Shown: in pieces, positions 1 to 8,577 of the stretch
Layout of the letters: every line of letters begins with the position of its first letter
Numbering within the stretch: the stretch's first letter is position 1
Source: Candidatus Heimdallarchaeum aukensis
GTDB taxonomy: Archaea > Asgardarchaeota > Heimdallarchaeia > Heimdallarchaeales > Heimdallarchaeaceae
Direction: 5' to 3'
Assembly (NCBI GenBank): GCA_021513695.1
Contig: CP084166.1
Coordinates: forward strand, 736,001-800,000
Length of the DNA: 64,000 bases
The notes under the pieces: model-generated
Database searches by the model: none
The model's input: the letters and a program-made list of their open reading frames with translations, nothing else
Told to the model about the DNA's origin: nothing
Translations under genes and position numbers: made by a program

Positions 1-972
1 GAATATGAAGGATACGAAGAAAAAATAATTAAACTACGCAATGAATTCGGTAATTTATCTTTTAGCGACTGGACACAGAATTTTTACTGGCAATGGCTTT
101 TTTCCTTACTTCCTTTACTTGAAGAGAAAGGAGAGGGATATCCGGGCTACATGCAAAGTGATGCTTGGACAGATAAATCATTAATGACAGCTTTAGCTTC
201 ATGGGCAGAATTAAAACACGATACCATACTTTATGCGAAACAGGCCTATGCAGCAAAAGTTTCATTACCTGAAGGAGTATACAATTACGTTGAACCTTAT
301 CCTGAGATATATTCAAGGATTGCAGCAACTATATCTATGCTGAAAGAAGGATTAGAAAAAAGAGGTTTGTTATACTCTGACGAATACAACGACTTTGAAA
401 CAAAATTCGATGAATTAATCACTATTATGAATAACTTAACAGCTATCAGTATAAAAGAACTTGAAAATCAGCAAATTACAGAATATGAACAATACTTTAT
501 ACAAAGAACAGGAAAAAGTTTACTGTACATCTCAGTTATTAATGGAAAAACAGGCGATGAACTTACTACAGAAACTGATAAACGCACTGCAATTATTGCA
601 GATGTTTTTACAGAACCAAATAGCGGACAAGTTCTAGAAGTTGGAATAGGTAACCCATACTTAATTTATGTTGTTGTTCAAGATCACAGAGGAAAACTAT
701 ACCTTACCAGAGGAGTAACCTTTTCTTACTATGAGTTCAAACAACCTATGTCTAACAGATTAACAGACGAGGAATGGCAAGAAATGTTAGAAACTTCTCC
801 TCCAGATTTGCCTGAATGGATAAAAGAAAATTTGCCTATTGTTCAAATCGAAGACAATGAAGTGCAAGTTAAACAATTGGTCCTACAAGCATCAGATAAT
901 CAAATAAAGATAAAAAAAGTTAGAAATCAAGGAGATAATTATTGGAATTATGCTATAAAAAGGCACGACTGA
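1..972 (+). CDS. hypothetical protein, 5'-partial (frame open to window start; ORF track shows 151..972)
   Basis: Frame 1 has no stop codon from nt 1 up to the ATG at 151, so the gene continues upstream of the window. The translation is globular-looking with no recognisable catalytic motif. Confidence 0.5.
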   Translation, partial: EYEGYEEKIIKLRNEFGNLSFSDWTQNFYWQWLFSLLPLLEEKGEGYPGYMQSDAWTDKSLMTALASWAELKHDTILYAKQAYAAKVSLPEGVYNYVEPYPEIYSRIAATISMLKEGLEKRGLLYSDEYNDFETKFDELITIMNNLTAISIKELENQQITEYEQYFIQRTGKSLLYISVINGKTGDELTTETDKRTAIIADVFTEPNSGQVLEVGIGNPYLIYVVVQDHRGKLYLTRGVTFSYYEFKQPMSNRLTDEEWQEMLETSPPDLPEWIKENLPIVQIEDNEVQVKQLVLQASDNQIKIKKVRNQGDNYWNYAIKRHD

Positions 973-1558
973 AATCACCCAAGGGGTCAGTGATTCCTTC
1001 AGATTTTCTAACTACAATAACCATTTTTTTTATCCCCATTTCCTCGACTTTTTGAATTTTATCTTTTATATCATCTAAAAAGCCTATAAATTGATTGTTC
1101 AGAATTTCCTCTTTAGTTTTTCTTTTTTCTTCAGGAACTCTCTTATTGATTTTTTCTATTAATTTATCCAATGATTCTTGACTATTTACCAAAGTGATTG
1201 TGTTGAATAATGATACCTCAAATTCTTTTGGGTCTCTGTCGTAATGCTCTAATCTCTCATTTATGTACTGGACTTTTTCTTCTAGCTCTGTAAGAAGAAT
1301 ATAAGGGAGATTTAGTCCATCTGCTTCTCTACAAGCAATATTAATCATTCTTTTTCCAGAAGAACCGAGAACGATTTGAGGATAAGGTTTCTGAATAGGT
1401 TTAGGAAAATTTCTATTACGCTCAAGTTTCCAGAATTTACCGCTAAAATCAGTAACATCTTCAGTAAACAATTTTTTATAAATTGTGAGTGATTCTTCTA
1501 ACTGATCGACTCTCTCTTTTGGTGAAGGAAAAACATTTAAATAATTTCGTTTACTTAG
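953..1558 (-). pseudogene. truncated luciferase-like monooxygenase (LLM, flavin/F420-dependent oxidoreductase) C-terminal fragment
   Basis: The ORF 953..1471 starts at TTG and the frame stays open upstream to a stop codon at 1559-1561. The translation ...VDQLEESLTIYKKLFTEDVTDFSGKFWKLERNRNFPKPIQKPYPQIVLGSSG... matches the conserved middle/C-terminal LLM region (E-ALEI-KLWTEE-VSF-G-Y-L----PKP-Q-P-PPI--GG). About 130 N-terminal residues of a normal ~330-aa LLM are absent, and only ~60 nt separate the stop from the next gene. Confidence 0.5.
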
Positions 1559-1618
1559 TTACTATATGAAAATAAAAAAAAACATATAAAAGAACTAACA
1601 ATATTATTTAGTTTATTT

Positions 1619-3271
1619 TTGAGTTCAAGTTTAATATCTGCGGATACAGCACCCATTTTTTTCGACATAACAATCATTTCTCCCAACACTTGTCCAGCGC
1701 GAAACCAATGGGAACCTCTATTAGATCAGATCTTACCCCAAATAGGAATAAATGTTACTCATGTATATATTAACTGGGGCTTTATCTCTGAAAGAACATG
1801 GAATTATCCAGTAGGTGAAGAAGGATATGAAGATCATATACCATCCTATGAAAAAGGAGGATACGACATACTTACAATTGGATGGGGGTGGGATTTTGAT
1901 TGGGATCCAACAGGATTATTCGATTCAGCTTCAATTGTCCCAAATGGAGATAACTTTTACCAGTATAACAGTTCAGAATTTGACAATACTCTAGAAGAAT
2001 ATTTATCAGAATTTGAACTCTCAAAAAGAATAGAAAAAGCAAAGGAGCTTCAATCAATATTATATAATGATTTACCTTCAATTGCTGTTTTCTATCCTCG
2101 AGAAAAGAGTTTCTACTTACATGGTGTCTCCAATGTTGATTTTGAATTACTAGAACAGGGTATTCCCAGAACAGAATATTGGAAAAACAGTGAAAAGAAT
2201 AATATAACATATATGACATATTATGATTTTTATTCTCCTAACTTGTTTCTAAAAGATAATTATATTGAAGAAATAATGGGTAATATTATTTTTTATGGAC
2301 TTTTTGAGAGAGCACAAAATACACATTTGTATGAACCAGTTATTGCTCAGAATTATTCTATATCAGAAGATAAGAGAATTATCACTGTTGATATTAACCA
2401 TGGCGCTTATTTTAGTAATGGAGATCCTGTAACTGCTTATGATGTAGATTTTAGTTATGAGCTGTTTATGACACCTGGAGTACGTGATTACCTTTATTCA
2501 TATTACAATACTTATGATTTACTAACAACATACTTTGAGAACAATGATAGTATTCGAGTTATAGATGAGGATACTGTTCAATTCGAATTCAAAGAACCTT
2601 ACATTTTCTGGCCATACTTATTAAGTATGGATATTGTAAACAAGAAGTTATTTGAAGAATATATTGAAGATAATGGTTACAACTTTGATACCAATAATCA
2701 AACATTGTTTATTGGAGCAGGTCCATTCACTTTAAATGAAACTACAGATTATAATTTAGAAAATCAAACAGTAACTTTACATAAAAATGAATACTGGAAA
2801 TTAACTGAGAAAATCAATCTTGATTCTATTATCTTTCAATGTAAAATCTATAGTAACGATGCAACAGATAAAATTGAAAATAAAGAAATAGATATTATTG
2901 ATGATCTTTACAGATATTTAGATATTCTAGTAAACAACACAGAGTGGGAAAGCACAGAAATTAGAACAACAGGATACACAGAATTAACGATCAACATGCG
3001 CCATCCAATTTTAGGAACAGGAGAACTTACACCTCTCGGAACTGCAGAAGCAGCTAATAATATCAGAAGAGCAATAAGCCATTCTATAAATAGAGAACAA
3101 ATTATAGAAGAAGTGTTAGAAGGGCTGGGTAAACCAGGAGTTGTACCTTTATCAGAATTGTGTATAGGTTTTGATAGTACTCTTACACCTTACTCCTACA
3201 ATATCACATTAGCTAAATCTTTAATGGAAGAAGCAGGATACAGTTTGAGCATATCATTAAAAAAGCTGTAA
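1619..3271 (+). CDS. extracellular solute-binding protein, family 5 (peptide/nickel ABC SBP-like); true start probably ATG 1566 with a frameshift in an A9 run
   Basis: Residues resemble SBP_bac_5 segments (YNSSEFDNTLEEYLSE..RIEKAKELQSILYNDLPSIAVFYP and ...GDPVTAYDVDFSYELF...). The called start is TTG and the product has no signal peptide. ATG at 1566 plus one extra base in the A9 run (1574-1582) would give MKIKKKHIKELTILFSLFLSSSLISADTAP..., a typical signal peptide. Confidence 0.5.
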   Translation: MSSSLISADTAPIFFDITIISPNTCPARNQWEPLLDQILPQIGINVTHVYINWGFISERTWNYPVGEEGYEDHIPSYEKGGYDILTIGWGWDFDWDPTGLFDSASIVPNGDNFYQYNSSEFDNTLEEYLSEFELSKRIEKAKELQSILYNDLPSIAVFYPREKSFYLHGVSNVDFELLEQGIPRTEYWKNSEKNNITYMTYYDFYSPNLFLKDNYIEEIMGNIIFYGLFERAQNTHLYEPVIAQNYSISEDKRIITVDINHGAYFSNGDPVTAYDVDFSYELFMTPGVRDYLYSYYNTYDLLTTYFENNDSIRVIDEDTVQFEFKEPYIFWPYLLSMDIVNKKLFEEYIEDNGYNFDTNNQTLFIGAGPFTLNETTDYNLENQTVTLHKNEYWKLTEKINLDSIIFQCKIYSNDATDKIENKEIDIIDDLYRYLDILVNNTEWESTEIRTTGYTELTINMRHPILGTGELTPLGTAEAANNIRRAISHSINREQIIEEVLEGLGKPGVVPLSELCIGFDSTLTPYSYNITLAKSLMEEAGYSLSISLKKL

Positions 3272-3701
3272 CTGCTCCTGAATTATAGCCTTTGACCTTT
3301 TTCTGAAATACTAAAAGGTGCCCAACTATATTTACAACGTTAAAAATAATCATTGCAAATCCAAGCCAAGGAGCAATAGAACTAATCAATGCAGCAAAAA
3401 CAAAAATAGCCCAAACACCCAAATTTATCACAACCACCACAACATCATTTATAGGTTCAAAACCAGAAGAATCTTCAACAGCAAAAACAGTTTTATAATT
3501 AATAAATTGTTTAAAACCACCAGGAAAAACATATTCTTCAAATTCGTGAAGCATTAAAACTGCTAAATTCAGCCAATAAAGTAAAGAGAGCTTGTTGGTA
3601 AGACTGCAATTTTTCCAAAGAAAAATAACTATAAAAATAATAACGATTGCAAAAAATCCTCCCACCTTTGGCCAAATTGTGTTAAATTTTTTAAGTTTCA
3701 T
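3213..3701 (-). CDS. small integral membrane protein (4 predicted TM segments)
   Basis: Hydrophobic helices alternate with short loops. The antisense ORF 3318..3557 is low-complexity K/N-rich and was rejected. Confidence 0.4.
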   Translation of the reverse strand: MKLKKFNTIWPKVGGFFAIVIIFIVIFLWKNCSLTNKLSLLYWLNLAVLMLHEFEEYVFPGGFKQFINYKTVFAVEDSSGFEPINDVVVVVINLGVWAIFVFAALISSIAPWLGFAMIIFNVVNIVGHLLVFQKKVKGYNSGAVTAFLMICSNCILLLPLKI

Positions 3702-3932
3702 GAGGATTTTAATAAAAAAGGTTATTTAAAGATTCTTTATTAAAAAATAATTTTGTAATTTGCAAAGCCGTAGTGCTTGAATCAACACTAATTAGGAGTT
3801 CAAAAAAACCATAAATATTTTTCTAAAAATCGCTACTATAAGAGTGCAAGTTGAGAAATAGGAGAAAAACAGTTAATAAAATATTTTTTTTATTTAACAG
3901 TTTAAAAAAAGAAAAATAAGAAATTAAAAAAA

Positions 3933-5750
3933 TTATAATCTTCTCTTAAAGAAGTCTAAAAATAATTTTAGAGTTCTAATCCTCATACTTATATCAGAAT
4001 ATGCACCATGCCCCTCTTCTTTAAATTCAACATATTCAAAGGTTTTTTCTCCTTCTTTACCTTCTTTCCAGCCTAATTCAATAAGTTTGTCTCTGAATTG
4101 TCTACTCTCATCTACAGGACATCTAGGATCGTTTACACCATGAATCATTTGAATTGGAGCTTTGATTTTCTCGATATGTGTCAAAGCTGATCTATCTTCC
4201 CATAATTCTTTATTCTCTTCGTATGTTCCCATGTGTTGATTAAGGAAAAACTTGAAATGTGGTTGAGATTTATCATACATTGTTTTTAGATGTGATATAC
4301 CTATCCAAGCTGAACCTGCTTTCCATCCTGCGTCCGCATATTTTGTTAATTGCAAGAAAGTCATATATCCTCCATAAGAACCACCGAAAACACCTATTCT
4401 TTCATGGTCAACGTATTCTAGTTTTTCTAGGTATTTTTTGGCGTATACAACATCTTTTGCATCTCCTCCACCCCAATCCATTAGGTTCATTTCTTGAAAC
4501 TTCTTTCCATAACCTGTACTTCCTCTGATATTCGGGCATAGAATAACAAATCCTTCGTGGGCAAATACTTGAGACATTATATCAAACATTCTGTAGTATT
4601 GACCAGTAGGTCCTCCATGAACATGTACTAAAGCAGGATATTTCTTTCCCTTTTCTATCTTTGGAGTAGTAAGAGTAGCAGCTATTTCCATTCCATCAAA
4701 GGAAGGATACTTGATATATTGCATGTCATAAAAGTCTTCTTCAGTAAGATCAGTTTGAGGAGGAATAATTATTTTTTCTTCGTCAGTCTCTAAATTATAC
4801 ATTGCTAGGCTTGTAGGCATTTTGGGTGCACTTCTAAGATAAATCAGATATTTATCGTTTAGAGCAAACTGAGTATAGTAAGCTATTCCTTCAAAGTCTA
4901 GTTCTTTTTTGTCTCCAGTCTCTAAATCGTAAATTATAGGTCTCATTTCTGCTTCTTTATTTTGAAGAACTGCTAGTTTCTTTCCATCCTTAGAAAATTC
5001 AACGGCGAACTCTTCATATTTTCCATCACTTAACCATTTTACTTCTTTTGTTTCTGTGTCAAATACTCCTGCTTGGCTTACACCTGTACTGTCGCTTGTA
5101 ACCGCTAGATACCGGCCATCTTCAGAAATATCAGAGAACTGATCATTTGAAACATCTGAAACTCTAAATACTAAATCAGTTTCACTTCCATCAGCTTTAA
5201 TAGCCCAAACATCAGAATTTTTTATATTATAGGTATCATTAAAATTGTAATAAATCCAACCATTTTTACTCCAGCTAGCTTTTCCCCAAGTAGGTTTATC
5301 ATGAGCTGTAAGTTGCTTGACCTCTTTACTATCTAAATCCATAATGAACAAGTTAAGTTGTCCATTTCTCGTAGAAGCAAAAAGAAGACTTTTTCCATCA
5401 GGACTTATTGCATGAGGATATTCTTGCGCTTCTGGAGTTTCAGTTAATTTAATACTCTCTTTTGTTTCTATGTTAAATAGGAAAATATCATGCATTTCAT
5501 TTCCATCTTTGTCTCTGGTATAGGTAATATGTTTACTATCTTTTAACCATACATACCCTGCGCGTATGGCTCGAGGAAGTTCTCCATCTGTAACTTGTTT
5601 ATAATCTAATGATTTTAAATCTAAAATATAAAATTCATTTCTTTTTGTTTTATTCCAATAAAATCCAAGCAAATTTTTTTCTTTATTTGTTTTTAACATC
5701 ATCATGCTTGGTATTGAAGCTAACTTTTCTACCGTAATTTTCTTGGTCAT
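3933..5750 (-). CDS. S9 family serine peptidase (prolyl oligopeptidase / acylaminoacyl-peptidase type)
   Basis: The N-terminal half is beta-propeller-like. The C-terminal alpha/beta hydrolase carries GGSYGGY (nucleophile elbow GxSxGG), a downstream Asp/His and HGxxD. ATG start. Confidence 0.85.
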   Translation of the reverse strand: MTKKITVEKLASIPSMMMLKTNKEKNLLGFYWNKTKRNEFYILDLKSLDYKQVTDGELPRAIRAGYVWLKDSKHITYTRDKDGNEMHDIFLFNIETKESIKLTETPEAQEYPHAISPDGKSLLFASTRNGQLNLFIMDLDSKEVKQLTAHDKPTWGKASWSKNGWIYYNFNDTYNIKNSDVWAIKADGSETDLVFRVSDVSNDQFSDISEDGRYLAVTSDSTGVSQAGVFDTETKEVKWLSDGKYEEFAVEFSKDGKKLAVLQNKEAEMRPIIYDLETGDKKELDFEGIAYYTQFALNDKYLIYLRSAPKMPTSLAMYNLETDEEKIIIPPQTDLTEEDFYDMQYIKYPSFDGMEIAATLTTPKIEKGKKYPALVHVHGGPTGQYYRMFDIMSQVFAHEGFVILCPNIRGSTGYGKKFQEMNLMDWGGGDAKDVVYAKKYLEKLEYVDHERIGVFGGSYGGYMTFLQLTKYADAGWKAGSAWIGISHLKTMYDKSQPHFKFFLNQHMGTYEENKELWEDRSALTHIEKIKAPIQMIHGVNDPRCPVDESRQFRDKLIELGWKEGKEGEKTFEYVEFKEEGHGAYSDISMRIRTLKLFLDFFKRRL

Positions 5751-5875
5751 TTCTACACCTTGTTAAAATATTTTTTTTAACCTTAATTCTCCTTTAATAC
5801 TTATATATTTTAGCTTTTAACTATAAAATTTTGAAAAATAGGAATATTATTAAAAAAGAAATCCTTCTTTAAATT

Positions 5876-6397
5876 ATGAATTATGAGGATATGGTTCTTA
5901 AAGCTAGAGAAGAAAAAGATAAGTTCTTTAGAAGTCATCCTTATTCGCCCTTAACAACTGAACAAAAAAGGAATTTCAAAGGGTTGAATTATTTTGAACC
6001 AGACATTTCCTACAGATACGAAGTTGAAATTAAAAAATATGAAGATCAAAGGAAAGTTTCTATTCGAACTTCAAAAGGTACTGTTCAAGATTACATCAGA
6101 TGGGGATTTATCGAATTCGAAAGAGATGGCAAAATAAATATTTTAAGCGTTTTTAAACAAGAAGGAGAAAATTATTTTTTCATTCCTTTTAAAGATAAAA
6201 CCACCGGAAAGGAGACCTATTCTGCAGGTCGATATATAGAAGTAGAGGATCTAGGTGATAACATATACTTGCTAGATTTCAATTTTGCTTACAATCCTTA
6301 TTGTGCTTACAATGATAATTGGGTTTGTCCATTAACACCTTTTGAAAATACTTTAGAAATAGCAATTGAAGCAGGAGAAAAAAAGTTTCACGAATAA
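5876..6397 (+). CDS. DUF1684 family protein
   Basis: Matches the DUF1684 pattern (HPYSPLT..., FNFAYNPYCAYNDNWVCPLTP). ATG start. Confidence 0.6.
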   Translation: MNYEDMVLKAREEKDKFFRSHPYSPLTTEQKRNFKGLNYFEPDISYRYEVEIKKYEDQRKVSIRTSKGTVQDYIRWGFIEFERDGKINILSVFKQEGENYFFIPFKDKTTGKETYSAGRYIEVEDLGDNIYLLDFNFAYNPYCAYNDNWVCPLTPFENTLEIAIEAGEKKFHE

Positions 6398-6429
6398 AAT
6401 AAAAAAAAGTTAAAAAACTTAAAGATTAA

Positions 6430-7356
6430 TTATTTTAATTCTTTTAGAGCTTCTATTACTTTTTCAGCAACTTGAACGCTAGCTCTGTAATTTCCTTCAA
6501 GTGTTTGAGCACCTATATGAGGAGTCATAATTACATTGGGGTGTTTTAGGAGTTTGTTTTCTTCTTTAGGAGGTTCTTTTTCAAAGACATCAGTAGCATA
6601 TACAGCTAGTTTTCCTTTTTCTAAAGCTCGGTAAGCTGCTTCTTCGTCAACAACTCCTCCTCTTGCACAGTTAATGAGAACTACATTTGTTTTCATTTTC
6701 TCAAAAGCTTCATCTGAAATCATATGCCTTGTTTCATCAGTTAGTGGAAGATGAAGGCTGATGTAATCTGCTTTTTCAAAGACCTTGTCAATTGAACTTT
6801 GTAGGTCTATAACTCCGCTTTGTTTGATATACGCATCATATCCTATGGTTTTCATTCCGAGTGCTTTAGCTTTTACAGCTAAACTTGATCCTATTCTTCC
6901 TGTACCTATAATTCCTAATGTTTTTCCTTCTATTTCAACTGAAAATAATTCTTTTTTTAGTTTTTTAAATTCTGAAGGATTTTTTCTCAATCTTTCTGTT
7001 CCTGTTACTACTCGTCTGGTAGCTGCTAAAATCATAGTTAAAGCTAGTTCTGCAACTGAATTAGTTGTAGCATTTGGAGTGTTAATTACTTTTATTCCTC
7101 TTTCTCTTGCTGATTGTAAATCTATATTATCTAATCCTACACCAGCTCTACCTATAACTTTAAGATTTTTTGCTACTTCTAGTAGATGCCCTTTAACTTT
7201 AGTAGCAGACCTTACAATAATTGCGTCATATTCAGGTATAATGTGCTCTAATTCTTCTTTAGGTACATCCCAGGCTTTTTTTACTTCAAAACCTTCTTTT
7301 TCTAGCATTTCTACAGCTACTTCATTCAACTTATCAGCTATTAGTACTTTAAACAT
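6430..7356 (-). CDS. serA: D-isomer-specific 2-hydroxyacid dehydrogenase (D-3-phosphoglycerate dehydrogenase-like, no ACT domain)
   Basis: Rossmann motif GIIGTGRIGS, a catalytic R/E/H arrangement, and about 308 aa. It lies next to a class-V aminotransferase. Confidence 0.8.
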   Translation of the reverse strand: MFKVLIADKLNEVAVEMLEKEGFEVKKAWDVPKEELEHIIPEYDAIIVRSATKVKGHLLEVAKNLKVIGRAGVGLDNIDLQSARERGIKVINTPNATTNSVAELALTMILAATRRVVTGTERLRKNPSEFKKLKKELFSVEIEGKTLGIIGTGRIGSSLAVKAKALGMKTIGYDAYIKQSGVIDLQSSIDKVFEKADYISLHLPLTDETRHMISDEAFEKMKTNVVLINCARGGVVDEEAAYRALEKGKLAVYATDVFEKEPPKEENKLLKHPNVIMTPHIGAQTLEGNYRASVQVAEKVIEALKELK

Positions 7357-7366
7357 TTAATTCACC

Positions 7367-8446
7367 TCAATTAAGTTCCCAGATTTCATTAATATTGTTT
7401 AGCAATTCCTGAATTGTTTCTACTGTATGATCTCCCATATGTCCAATTCTGAAGGTTTTATCTTTAAGATTACCATAACCATTAGCTAGTTCCATTCCTC
7501 TTTCAGCTAATGCAGCATTTAGTGCTCCTACATCCTTATTTAATGTATTTTCTATTGTTGTGACAGTAACTGATTCATATCCTTCTTCTGCAAAGAGTTT
7601 AAACCCTTTTTCTAAAGCCCATTTTCTTGTTAACTCTGCCATTGCTTTATGTCTCTCATAACGACCTTTTGCTGTCTCTTTAAGCATTTTTCCAAGTTGA
7701 TAATCAAGAGCATAAAGTAATGAGATTGCTGGTGTAGAAGGAGTTTGTTTCTTCTTCAAATAGTACTTATGAACTTTTAGTAAATCAGTATAAGTTCCCC
7801 TATTCTTTACTTCTTCTGCTCGTTTAATAGCTTTTTCAGAATAAATCATAATGGTTAATCCTGGAGGTAGAGCAAAAGCTTTTTGGGTTGAAGCAAAAAC
7901 GAAATCAGTATGCATTTCGTCAGGTAGGATTAAATCTCCTCCTAAACTTGAAACAGTATCAACAACGAGTAATGTTTCAGGATACTTACTAATTACTTCA
8001 CCTATTGCTTTAAGATCACTTCTCACTCCTGTACTTGTCTCATTTTGACAAACAGTAACAACATCATACTCTTGTTCTTTAAGTTTTTCTTCAATCACTT
8101 CAGGTTTGATAGCTTTACCCCATTCTACTTCTAAAACATCAACATTATGCCCACAATCTTTTAGAGTATCAGCCATTCTTTTAGAAAAAGCTCCATTAAC
8201 ACAACTTAAAGCTGCTTTTCCTTCTCTAATCAGATTTCTACCCGTGATGTCCATACCAATTGTTCCTGAAGCAGCAAAGACAGCAATGTGTTGCTCAGTC
8301 TTAAAATATTCTCGAAGTTGGGTCAAAATGCTTGCATATAGAGCAGTAAAATCTTTATGACGATGACCAATCATTGGTTTTACTTGTGCTTGAAGCACAT
8401 CCTCACTTACTTCAGTAGGTCCTGGAATATACAATCTTCTGTGCAT
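7367..8446 (-). CDS. class V aminotransferase (archaeal-type phosphoserine / serine-pyruvate aminotransferase)
   Basis: Class-V fold with a PLP-lysine region (SSTQKAFALPPG). It is adjacent to, and on the same strand as, the serA-like gene. Confidence 0.8.
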   Translation of the reverse strand: MHRRLYIPGPTEVSEDVLQAQVKPMIGHRHKDFTALYASILTQLREYFKTEQHIAVFAASGTIGMDITGRNLIREGKAALSCVNGAFSKRMADTLKDCGHNVDVLEVEWGKAIKPEVIEEKLKEQEYDVVTVCQNETSTGVRSDLKAIGEVISKYPETLLVVDTVSSLGGDLILPDEMHTDFVFASTQKAFALPPGLTIMIYSEKAIKRAEEVKNRGTYTDLLKVHKYYLKKKQTPSTPAISLLYALDYQLGKMLKETAKGRYERHKAMAELTRKWALEKGFKLFAEEGYESVTVTTIENTLNKDVGALNAALAERGMELANGYGNLKDKTFRIGHMGDHTVETIQELLNNINEIWELN

Positions 8447-8577
8447 TTAAATTCTCTCCTAATTTTTATTTAAGATATACAAGATATAATTATACTGAAT
8501 TCAAGAAATAGTTTTAACTAAAAAAATTTGTGTTATGAAGATAAAAAAGCTAATTAAAGTGTATGCAAAAATTATTA

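Noticed and set aside
3318-3557. 79-aa plus-strand ORF
   Set aside because: It lies fully inside the minus-strand membrane-protein gene, and its translation is K/N-rich low complexity.
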